From NCBI GenBank assembly GCA_030539215.1, contig JAUNSM010000028.1:1-18668 (forward strand): a stretch of DNA of 18,668 bases, in the 5' to 3' direction. The position numbers and the translations under genes are program-made. The notes beneath the pieces are model-generated. The model did not search any database and had not been told where the DNA came from. It worked only from the letters and a program-made list of their open reading frames with translations. The stretch is from Clostridia bacterium. Its GTDB lineage: Bacteria; Bacillota; Clostridia; TANB77; CAG-508. Position 1 is the stretch's first letter. Every line of letters begins with the position of its first letter. Below are positions 1 through 6,487 of the stretch, piece after piece.

Positions 1-152
1 GCATTGCATTTATTTTTTTGCAATGTGTTTGTTGCTTTTTTCTATTTTTATTTTATATAAAAATTTTGTTTTTGTAAATAGTTTTTTGCAAAAAATTTTC
101 CCTTTTTTTCTCAAAGGGAAATAAAGTATAGGATGGAAAAATTTTTAAGCAT

Positions 153-186
153 GAAAAAAAGCAATACCTTTTTATAAGATACTGCT
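153..186 (-). terminator. Rho-independent terminator candidate downstream of the lipoprotein gene
   Basis: On the minus strand AGCAGTATC (186-178) pairs with GGTATTGCT (168-160): 9 bp including two G-U pairs that form only on the minus strand. It is followed by a T-run (plus-strand A-run 154-160). Sits 14 nt after the stop at 200. Confidence 0.55.
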
Positions 187-199
187 TTTAATTATTATT

Positions 200-679
200 T
201 TATTCATTGTTATTTTTTTGAATTGAAATACGACCAGAATTATAACTTGAACCAACTGTTACATAAACTCCATCACTATTTTCAGCACCAAATGAATATG
301 TACTGTCTGTATCTGTTACAACAACACTATTTGCTCCTGAGCTTGGAATAGTAAATCCTGCTTCCTTTAATTTTTCAGCATATGCTTTACATTCTTCAAT
401 AGTCCAATCTGTTAAATCAATACTATGACCAACATAATAATTGTTATCAACTTCTTTTTCATCATAAATTGTTGCTCCTTCTGGTTTAGGTATTAAATTC
501 GTGTATTGATTTGATGGCCAAGCAACCCCAGAAGTTTCATCTTGTTCTTCTTGTTGACTTCCTCCATTTGTACTTGTTCCACCATTATTTGCATTTTCTT
601 TTTCTCCACAACCTGTCAATAAACAAATACCTGCTATTAACATTGCTACTATTATTAAAATACTTAAAACTTTTTTCAT
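200..679 (-). CDS. Putative lipoprotein, function unknown
   Basis: 159-aa ORF. N-terminal signal peptide ends in the lipobox LLTG|C, followed by a low-complexity G/N/S/E linker. AAGGAG RBS upstream. TTGCAA-17-TATAAT (TG-extended) promoter at about 715-745 on the minus strand. Confidence 0.8.
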   Translation of the reverse strand: MKKVLSILIIVAMLIAGICLLTGCGEKENANNGGTSTNGGSQQEEQDETSGVAWPSNQYTNLIPKPEGATIYDEKEVDNNYYVGHSIDLTDWTIEECKAYAEKLKEAGFTIPSSGANSVVVTDTDSTYSFGAENSDGVYVTVGSSYNSGRISIQKNNNE

Positions 680-943
680 ACAAATAAAAACTCCTTTCTT
701 AAATTTTTCTTTTCATATTATACCAAAGCATTCATTTATTTGCAACTAAAACTCTCACAATTTGGCATGTCTTTTCTTCCCTTCTAAAAAATCCAAAGAT
801 GTTTTTGTCGTATCTTCACTTGAGCAAACTTTAGTTCAAGGATCTCCTTTACTTTCATAGTTAGCAAGTGCTTAATTGTCACATCATATATAGTTTTTTC
901 GCCATTACTCAAAAAATTGGGGGACATCTTATAAAAAATCGGT

Positions 944-1019
944 TGGTGCACCATCCCAGACTCGAACTGGGGGTCTTTCGATTAAGAGTCGATTGCTTTA
1001 CCAACTAAGCTAATGGTGC
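944..1019 (-). tRNA. tRNA-Lys (anticodon CUU)
   Basis: The reverse complement folds as a 76-nt cloverleaf: acceptor GCACCAT/ATGGTGC, D arm GCTT-AGTTGGTA-AAGC, anticodon loop CTCTTAA, T arm CCCAG-TTCGAGT-CTGGG, encoded CCA. Confidence 0.9.
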
Positions 1020-1112
1020 AAGTTTTCCCAAATTTCCAAATAATTTTGGGGATTCGATGGGGAATTTAATAAAATATTTATCTTTATATTCAGTTTTCAA
1101 AATTTGCAAATG

Positions 1113-1201
1113 TAGTAATATCAATGGCTATAATGTACGCTCCCCACGAAAAGGGTGTGTCAACACATTGAGAGTTAGTTACTCTGCCAATTGAACTACT
1201 A
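1113..1201 (-). ncRNA. Unclassified structured RNA candidate (cloverleaf-like, not a canonical tRNA)
   Basis: Minus strand: closing helix TAGTAGT/ATTACTA (1201-1195 with 1119-1113) extended by TCAAT(T)GGC/GCCATTGA (1194-1186 with 1128-1121). It encloses three hairpins: AGAGT-AACTA-ACTCT, TGTG-TTGA-CACA, CCC-TTTTCGT-GGG. Lies about 20 nt downstream of a consensus promoter and about 95 nt upstream of tRNA-Lys(CUU). G+C is higher than the surrounding spacer. Confidence 0.35.
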
Positions 1202-1221
1202 GTTCTTATTAATTCTTATTT

Positions 1222-1250
1222 ATTATAAGTCCAATTAATAATTTTGTCAA
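1222..1250 (-). promoter_or_regulatory. Consensus sigma-70/SigA-type promoter driving the structured RNA and tRNA-Lys(CUU)
   Basis: The minus strand reads TTGACA (1250-1245), exactly 17 nt, then TATAAT (1227-1222). Confidence 0.6.
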
Positions 1251-1273
1251 CAATTATAATTGTTGACAAAATT
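1240..1273. repeat. 34-nt perfect palindrome (terminator/operator candidate) between the VanW gene and the RNA promoter
   Basis: Positions 1240-1273 are self-complementary around the 1256/1257 centre (core TTTTGTCAACAATTA|TAATTGTTGACAAAA). Each strand carries a TTGACA box. Sits 37 nt past the VanW stop. Confidence 0.7.
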
Positions 1274-1309
1274 TGCAACTTATATTTATTCAATATCTTC
1301 TTCGTGTAT

Positions 1310-3112
1310 TTAATTTATCGGTGGAACTGAATTATTTACTATTGTTTCTGGTATACTCACTTGAACAGAATTTTGATTGTTTTCTTCATTAGGTGTTTCT
1401 TCGCTAGGTTTTGTATTTGTCTCTTGAGCTTGCTCTTGCTCTACAGGTGTAATAGGTGCACTTTGTTCCGTTGGCACAATTGGCATAGTCTCTTCAGCTG
1501 CTCCTCTTTTTATTATTTTGTGCATAGGATCATATGTATCTGTTGATAAAACTGTACTAGATATTTGTGCTCCATTTAATTTTACAATTTTATATGTAAT
1601 GCTTTTTGCTCCATTCATACCTTTTTGAACTACTTTTTCTGCACCTGGTGCAAGGCTGTTATCTGTTTCATATTTTACACTAAATGGAATATAACTTAAT
1701 ATTTTAGTTGATATTTCTATTTCATACTCAACTTCTTCTTTTATTCCATATACATCTATTTTTGCAACTCCTCCACCTATTGTAGTCTTTAACATAATTG
1801 GATATTTTCTTGTGTTTTTAAACTTTAAGTCATATGCACCATAAACAACAGTTGCATCTTTACCTGCTCCAACATATCCAGCCAGAAACATATGATTATG
1901 TCTTTCTGTAACCTCTAAATTAGCATATACTATAGCATCATATAATGTTGATGATATTTGGCATATTCCTCCTGCAAGAGTTTGAACTACTCTACCTCCA
2001 GCATATCCTCCCGCTTCTCTATATCCTGCCTCTGCTGTTCTTTTCCCCAAGGTTTTATTATATGAAAATTCCTCCCCAGAATTTACTACAACTCCATCTA
2101 ATTTTTGCATAGCTAATTTTAAATTAGTCGTTCTAGGCACATTAGAAGCATCATATTTTGTACTAAAAGAAGATAATAAATCAGGAAATGCCTCTGTTCC
2201 AATTTCATTTGTTGTTATTTCAGGCTCTTTTATTATAAGCTCAATTATATATACATCTTTTTCCTCTTTTAGTAATTCTCTAGCTGCTTCAATATCAAAA
2301 TTTACTCCATTTACATGTGGAAAAATTTCAAAAGGTTCTTTTGTATAATATGCATCTTTTGGTTCTGTATAAATTTCACTATATATTTTATCTATATCAA
2401 TTTGATTTGGCTCTACTTGTATTAAATCTAACAATATTTCTTTATTTATATTGTTTTTAATATTATCTATAATTTCATTTTTTGTTTTACCTTTATCTAT
2501 TGAGTTTCCTGGTGTTCCTTTAGTTATAATTAATTTTGCATCTTCTATATAATAGTCTGTATTTATTACTGCATTAGGAACTTTTGATGCAATATCTGAA
2601 ACTATTTCATCTAACAATTGTTCATTATACGTATAATCTATTGGTATATCTGTTCCAAGAAGCATTGCTTTTATAATATTAAAATTATTAACAAATATAT
2701 TACTACTTCTACCTACATCATATGCCGATTTCACTGCTTTTTTTATATTGTATTCTATCTCTATTTGGCTAGGTTTAATTGAATATTCAAATTCATCTAC
2801 TTTACAAATAATATCTTTATTTAATATTTCTTGTTTTTCTTCTGTTAATTTTTGAATTGCCCCTTCTTCTGTTAAACCTTTCACATCTAATCCATCAATT
2901 GATACTCCAGATAACATTTTTTTATTATTAATATTTAACAATGAAAATCCTGTACAAATAATCATTAATACTAATAAAATTGAAACTGAAATTATTAATA
3001 TCATAACTTTTTTTTGCTTTTTAGTATTAATTTTTTGCTCTGTTTTTATTTCTGTTTTTTCTTTCTCAACATTTTGTTCTATTTTTTCTTCATTTTCATC
3101 GTAGAATTTCAT
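1310..3112 (-). CDS. VanW family protein with N-terminal membrane anchor and C-terminal G5 domain
   Basis: Long ORF (maximal 1310-3130). AAGGAGAG RBS lies 5 nt before the ATG at 3112 (MKFYDENEE...), so 3112 is preferred over 3130. One TM helix (VMILIISVSILLVLMIICTGF). VanW-like core (GGICQISSTLYDA...RHNH). G5-like segment (VVQKGMNGAKSITYKIVKLNG). Low-complexity P/E/Q tail. Confidence 0.85.
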   Translation of the reverse strand: MKFYDENEEKIEQNVEKEKTEIKTEQKINTKKQKKVMILIISVSILLVLMIICTGFSLLNINNKKMLSGVSIDGLDVKGLTEEGAIQKLTEEKQEILNKDIICKVDEFEYSIKPSQIEIEYNIKKAVKSAYDVGRSSNIFVNNFNIIKAMLLGTDIPIDYTYNEQLLDEIVSDIASKVPNAVINTDYYIEDAKLIITKGTPGNSIDKGKTKNEIIDNIKNNINKEILLDLIQVEPNQIDIDKIYSEIYTEPKDAYYTKEPFEIFPHVNGVNFDIEAARELLKEEKDVYIIELIIKEPEITTNEIGTEAFPDLLSSFSTKYDASNVPRTTNLKLAMQKLDGVVVNSGEEFSYNKTLGKRTAEAGYREAGGYAGGRVVQTLAGGICQISSTLYDAIVYANLEVTERHNHMFLAGYVGAGKDATVVYGAYDLKFKNTRKYPIMLKTTIGGGVAKIDVYGIKEEVEYEIEISTKILSYIPFSVKYETDNSLAPGAEKVVQKGMNGAKSITYKIVKLNGAQISSTVLSTDTYDPMHKIIKRGAAEETMPIVPTEQSAPITPVEQEQAQETNTKPSEETPNEENNQNSVQVSIPETIVNNSVPPIN

Positions 3113-3241
3113 ATATTCTCTCCTTGACATGAATTTTTATTTTTCTTCTTTATATTATCATATATGTTGTTTTTTTACAATGTATTTTTCTAATTATACA
3201 TTTTTTTCCTTATTAATTCTACGCCTACTCACTTGCTTTTA

Positions 3242-3442
3242 TTACTTTTGTATAAAAAATATTTCCATTATTGTTTTGCCTAATGCTTTTGATATTTTTT
3301 CCATAATTTCTATTGAAGGATTATTTCTGCTTCCTATTTCTAAATGACATAAATATCCTACAGATACTCCTGATATATTCGATAATTTTAGCAATGTTAG
3401 TCCTTGTTCTGTTCTTACTTTTTTTATCTGATTATAATACAT
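3242..3442 (-). CDS. Small XRE/Cro-type helix-turn-helix regulator
   Basis: 66-68 aa. HTH signature QGLTLLKLSNISGVSVGYLCHLEIGSRNNPS. GGAGG is only 2 nt from the ATG at 3448 but 8 nt from the ATG at 3442, so 3442 is preferred. Divergent from the cI-like gene. Confidence 0.8.
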   Translation of the reverse strand: MYYNQIKKVRTEQGLTLLKLSNISGVSVGYLCHLEIGSRNNPSIEIMEKISKALGKTIMEIFFIQK

Positions 3443-3476
3443 TAGCATTCCCTCCTATTTTTGTCTATTTAACAAT

Positions 3477-3506
3477 ATGTTAGCATAAACCTTTTTGACA
3501 AGTCAA
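3477..3506 (-). promoter_or_regulatory. Promoter candidate for the Cro-like gene
   Basis: Minus strand: TTGACT (3506-3501), 18 nt, TG-extended TAACAT (3482-3477). The -35 is half of the palindrome TTGACAAGTCAA (3495-3506). Confidence 0.4.
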
Positions 3507-3556
3507 GTAATTTTTAATGTTTTTTGTTAATTTTTTACATTTTTTTTGTTTACTAG

Positions 3557-3585
3557 TAGACAAATCTTAAATTATTCTATATAAT
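3557..3585 (+). promoter_or_regulatory. Promoter candidate for the cI-like gene
   Basis: TAGACA (3557-3562), 17 nt, TATAAT (3580-3585). The predicted transcription start near 3592 would exclude the ATG at 3587. Confidence 0.5.
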
Positions 3586-3619
3586 AATGTCATATTTGAA
3601 AAAAGGGAGTGAATATTTT

Positions 3620-4192
3620 ATGATTGGAGACATGATTGCAAAAGTCAGAAAAGAAAAAGGAATGACAAAAACCGAACTTGCTAGATTAACTCAAATTAAT
3701 ATTGGACATTTAACACATATTGAAAAAGGCGAAAGAAACCCTAGTCATAAAGCTTTGAAAAACATTTGTAAAGCTTTAGATGTTCCTTACCAACAATTAA
3801 TGTATACATATGATAAACAAATTAGTGAAGAACAAGAATCTTATGGATTTATAAAACATATATCATACAATAAAGTACTTGCAGTAAATACTTTAGAAAA
3901 TTTCATTGATTGTCCTTCTAGTACTCCAAGTGCTTCTTTAGCAATCAAAATTAATGATTCTTCAATGGAGCCATTATTAAAAAAGAATAGTTATGCTTTT
4001 ATAGAATTTAATTCCCCTCTAAATAGCAAAGATATTGGTCTTTTTAGTGTTGATAATAAAATACTTATACGTAGATTAATTATTAATAAAAATAAAATTG
4101 TTCTAAAATCTTTTAATGAAGACATTAAAGATATTGATGTCACAAATTCAAATAATTTTTATATTATTGGTAAAATTTTAAATGTTAAATAA
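3620..4192 (+). CDS. cI/LexA-like repressor: N-terminal XRE HTH plus C-terminal S24 peptidase-like domain
   Basis: ORF 3587-4192; the ATG at 3620 follows GGGAG and lies downstream of the predicted promoter. HTH: MTKTELARLTQINIGHLTHIEKGERNPS. S24-like region: NDSSMEPLL...ILIRRLIINKNKIVLKSFN, which aligns by eye to LexA GMSM...VKRLKKQGNKVELLPEN. Confidence 0.8.
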   Translation: MIGDMIAKVRKEKGMTKTELARLTQINIGHLTHIEKGERNPSHKALKNICKALDVPYQQLMYTYDKQISEEQESYGFIKHISYNKVLAVNTLENFIDCPSSTPSASLAIKINDSSMEPLLKKNSYAFIEFNSPLNSKDIGLFSVDNKILIRRLIINKNKIVLKSFNEDIKDIDVTNSNNFYIIGKILNVK

Positions 4193-4285
4193 ATTTTTTA
4201 GATTTTTTGTAAAAAACACTTGAATATTATATTTTTTAATATTATAATACTGTTAGCAAAAGATAAATATTAAAAGAGGTATAAA

Positions 4286-4756
4286 ATGGAGTTAATTAAA
4301 AATATATTCTTTAATACAGATAAATTAATACAAAATACTAAAGTGAAAATTTCTTATACAGGTCTTTTTTTTGAAAACGACTCTAAAGAAGTATATATTC
4401 ATTATGGTTTTGGAGCATTTTGGGATAATTTGTCTGAAATAAAAATGGAAAAAACAGAATTAGGTTTTCAAGCTGAAATAGATTTGTTAGAAAGTGAAAC
4501 ATTTAATTTCTGCTTTAAAAATGAAAATAATGAATGGGATAATAATTGTTATCAAAACTATATTTTTCCTTTAGAATCGCAAACTTTAGATTTAACAATT
4601 ATTGATGATACCGCATCTTCTTTAGATAGACCAAATAGATTAAAAAAAGCGTATTTGTGGAGCAAAAAAATAAGATTAACTATATATAAAATAATAACAT
4701 ATGTTCCGAAATTAATTTCAGGAAATTACAAAAAAAAATTAAATAATAATAATTAA
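4286..4756 (+). CDS. Hypothetical protein with a starch/carbohydrate-binding-module-like N-terminal region (CBM53/CBM25-like pattern)
   Basis: 156-aa ORF. AAGAGGT RBS. Own TTGAAT-17-TATAAT promoter at about 4221-4249. Pattern YIHYGFG..W......M....GF.AEI......FNFCFKN.NNEWDNN..QNY resembles CBM repeats. Basic C-terminal tail. Confidence 0.6.
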   Translation: MELIKNIFFNTDKLIQNTKVKISYTGLFFENDSKEVYIHYGFGAFWDNLSEIKMEKTELGFQAEIDLLESETFNFCFKNENNEWDNNCYQNYIFPLESQTLDLTIIDDTASSLDRPNRLKKAYLWSKKIRLTIYKIITYVPKLISGNYKKKLNNNN

Positions 4757-4779
4757 AAACCACTTTAAGTGGTTTTTTT
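4755..4779. terminator. Bidirectional terminator between convergent genes
   Basis: AAAAACCAC-TTTAA-GTGGTTTTTTT: hairpin flanked by an A-run and a T-run. Lies between the stops at 4756 (+) and 4818 (-). Confidence 0.6.
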
Positions 4780-4817
4780 AATTTATATAAAAGAACTGTT
4801 ACATTGCTTTGTTCTTA

Positions 4818-5543
4818 TTAAATTACATATCCCCCATTAGGAGATATTACTTGCCCTGTTGTAAATTCATCATCAATAAGCCATTTTACACATCTATATA
4901 TATCCATGGGTTCTCCTATTTTATTTAATGGAGTTTCATTTTTTATTTGCTCTTTTATTGCATTATCTAAGTTACTATTCATTTCTGTATCTATTACTCC
5001 AGGGGCAATAGAATTTATTCTTATATTTGATGGTCCTAGTTCTTTAGCTAAAGATTTTGTCATACTATCTAGCCCTGCTTTTGTTACAGAATATGCCACT
5101 TCACATGAAGCACCTACCATTCCCCAAATTGAAGATATATTTATTATACATCCTTTTTTATTATGTATCATAGATGGTAACACTTCTTGAATTGCATAAA
5201 ATGCAGAATTTAAATTTGTTCCTAACATTTCATTCCAGTCTTTATCAGTAATATCGTTAAACATTTGTAATTTTGCAATACCAGCGTTATTTATTAATAC
5301 ATCTATATCATGAAATTTGTTTAAAGTAAATTTTATTAATTTTTTCACTTCTTCCCTTTTTGATACATCTGCCTTATATATTTCTATTTTAATTCCTTCT
5401 GTATTTAATCCCTTTTGTATTTGTTTCGCTTGTTTTTCTGATTTGTTATAATTAAGCACCACATTAAAGCCATCTTTTGCTAAATTTTCTACAATGCATT
5501 TTCCAATTCCTCTTGCACCACCTGTAACTATTACTGTTTTCAT
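4818..5543 (-). CDS. Short-chain dehydrogenase/reductase, FabG-like (3-oxoacyl-ACP reductase family)
   Basis: 241 aa. TGGARGIG cofactor motif, NNAG, catalytic S...YSVTK, C-terminal PNGG. RBS AAAGGAG. TTGACA-17-TAATAT promoter upstream on the minus strand. Confidence 0.85.
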   Translation of the reverse strand: MKTVIVTGGARGIGKCIVENLAKDGFNVVLNYNKSEKQAKQIQKGLNTEGIKIEIYKADVSKREEVKKLIKFTLNKFHDIDVLINNAGIAKLQMFNDITDKDWNEMLGTNLNSAFYAIQEVLPSMIHNKKGCIINISSIWGMVGASCEVAYSVTKAGLDSMTKSLAKELGPSNIRINSIAPGVIDTEMNSNLDNAIKEQIKNETPLNKIGEPMDIYRCVKWLIDDEFTTGQVISPNGGYVI

Positions 5544-5691
5544 TACAACATCTCTCCTTTATCAATATAATATTTACTTCTACTTTTTCTACCCTTATTT
5601 ATATTAGCACCTTTATAAGTACTTGTCAAAGAATGGTGTTTAGATAAAAAAATAAAAGTTAAGAAATAAATTCAAAACTCTTATTCTTTTA

Positions 5692-5767
<76 letters not shown>

Positions 5768-5769
5768 AT

Positions 5770-5844
5770 TGGTGACCCGTACGGGAATTGAACCCATGTC
5801 TCCGCCGTGAAAGGGCGGTGTCTTAACCCCTTGACCAACGGGCC
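5770..5844 (-). tRNA. tRNA-Glu (anticodon UUC)
   Basis: Reverse complement is GGCCCGTTGGTCAAGGGGTTAAGACACCGCCCTTTCACGGCGGAGACATGGGTTCAATTCCCGTACGGGTCACCA. Anticodon loop CTTTCAC. Very similar to Bacillus-type tRNA-Glu as I recall it. Confidence 0.9.
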
Positions 5845-5861
5845 CTAATTAATATTAATTT

Positions 5862-5937
5862 TGGTGAGCCATCCGCGACTCGAACGCGGGACAACTTGAT
5901 TAAAAGTCAAGTGCTCTACCACCTGAGCTAATGGCCC
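5862..5937 (-). tRNA. tRNA-Lys (anticodon UUU)
   Basis: Reverse complement is GGGCCATTAGCTCAGGTGGTAGAGCACTTGACTTTTAATCAAGTTGTCCCGCGTTCGAGTCGCGGATGGCTCACCA. Anticodon loop CTTTTAA. Confidence 0.9.
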
Positions 5938-5990
5938 ATAATTCAAAAAAAGAATTATATAAGCAACTGCTTTGCAACAGTTGCTATACT

Positions 5991-6019
5991 ATATTACAAT
6001 ATTTTTCTACGATTGTCAA
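5991..6019 (-). promoter_or_regulatory. Promoter candidate for the Lys-Glu-Thr tRNA cluster
   Basis: Minus strand: TTGACA (6019-6014), 17 nt, TAATAT (5996-5991). An 8-bp hairpin AGCAACTG/CAGTTGCT (5962-5985) lies at the predicted 5' end of the transcript. Confidence 0.5.
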
Positions 6020-6035
6020 CGTTTTTTTGATTTTT

Positions 6036-6218
6036 TTATGAATTTATTTTTTCTAACAATTCTTTTACATCTATTCCATGTACTTCACATGCTTCTTCAA
6101 TAGTTTCTTCTTGTGAGGCAGGGCACCCCAAGCAATGCATTCCTGCATCTAATAATATACTTGCTTTTTCTGGTGCTGTTTTAAGTAATTCTCCAATTTT
6201 TGTTGTTTTTTCTATCAT
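6036..6218 (-). CDS. DUF1858-type small redox protein (hybrid-cluster-protein-associated disulfide protein family)
   Basis: 60 aa. Characteristic GMHCLGCP motif with the surrounding IGELL...EEACEVHGID pattern. AGGAGG RBS 7 nt upstream. Confidence 0.8.
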   Translation of the reverse strand: MIEKTTKIGELLKTAPEKASILLDAGMHCLGCPASQEETIEEACEVHGIDVKELLEKINS

Positions 6219-6303
6219 TTTTATTCCTCCTAAAATTTATGTTGAAAAAATTTTATCATATTTTTTCAAAAAAGTATAGACAAATTTAAAATAATGTATT
6301 ATT

Positions 6304-6477
6304 ATGGTAAAAAATGGAAAGGAGTGTTTTGTTATTTTAATTCATTTTTTCTTTATTTCTTTTATTATTAGTCTTTTTATTGTTTTTTATTCAATTTATT
6401 CTTTTATTGATATAATAGTATTTCACAATTTGCAAGGTTTTAAATTAAAAATAAAAAAAGATTTATCAAAATTTTAG
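6304..6477 (+). CDS. Possible 57-aa small membrane protein (below the ORF-track cutoff)
   Basis: The frame from the ATG at 6304 reads MVKNGKECFVILIHFFFISFIISLFIVFYSIYSFIDIIVFHNLQGFKLKIKKDLSKF. Its stop (6475-6477) overlaps the AGGAGG RBS of the next gene. Against: no RBS before 6304, and the ATG overlaps the predicted -10 (TAGACA 6277-6282, 17 nt, TATTAT 6300-6305). Confidence 0.25.
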   Translation: MVKNGKECFVILIHFFFISFIISLFIVFYSIYSFIDIIVFHNLQGFKLKIKKDLSKF

Positions 6478-6487
6478 GAGGTTCTAT

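Noticed and set aside
98-122. Hairpin TTCCCTTT-N-AAAGGGAA and hairpin CATTGCA/TGCAATG at 2-27 as functional elements
   Set aside because: They are plausibly terminators of a gene beyond the left edge of the window. Without the flanking gene, nothing can be assigned.
780-943. Possible riboswitch or small ORF between tRNA-Lys(CUU) and the lipoprotein gene. Candidates include a 24-codon ORF (MKVKEILELKFAQVKIRQKHLWIF) on the minus strand and the weak hairpins AAGAT/ATCTT and CTTGA/TCAAG.
   Set aside because: No RBS for the ORF, the hairpins are short and AT-rich, and no motif of a known riboswitch class was recognised. The lipoprotein promoter lies downstream of this region, so it would not be in the 5' UTR.
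1113-1201. Calling the structured element a genuine tRNA (for example tRNA-Sec or a class II tRNA, because of its 89-nt length and the TCA in a loop)
   Set aside because: No T-loop consensus, no 7-nt anticodon loop closed by a proper 5-bp stem, the D-stem needs two wobble pairs, and there is no CCA or discriminator context. It is kept only as an unclassified RNA candidate.
1361-1546. 61-aa plus-strand ORF inside the VanW gene. The same applies to ORFs 3129-3347, 4906-5190, 6995-7261, 7951-8142, 9054-9239, 10132-10314, 11871-12092, 12785-12979, 14469-14711, 14836-15093, 15725-16264 (three ORFs), 16411-16731, 17137-17466 and 18108-18371.
   Set aside because: All lie antisense to or out of frame within strongly supported genes. 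They have F/I/L/S-rich compositions typical of shadow frames in AT-rich DNA, lack RBSs and carry no recognisable motifs.
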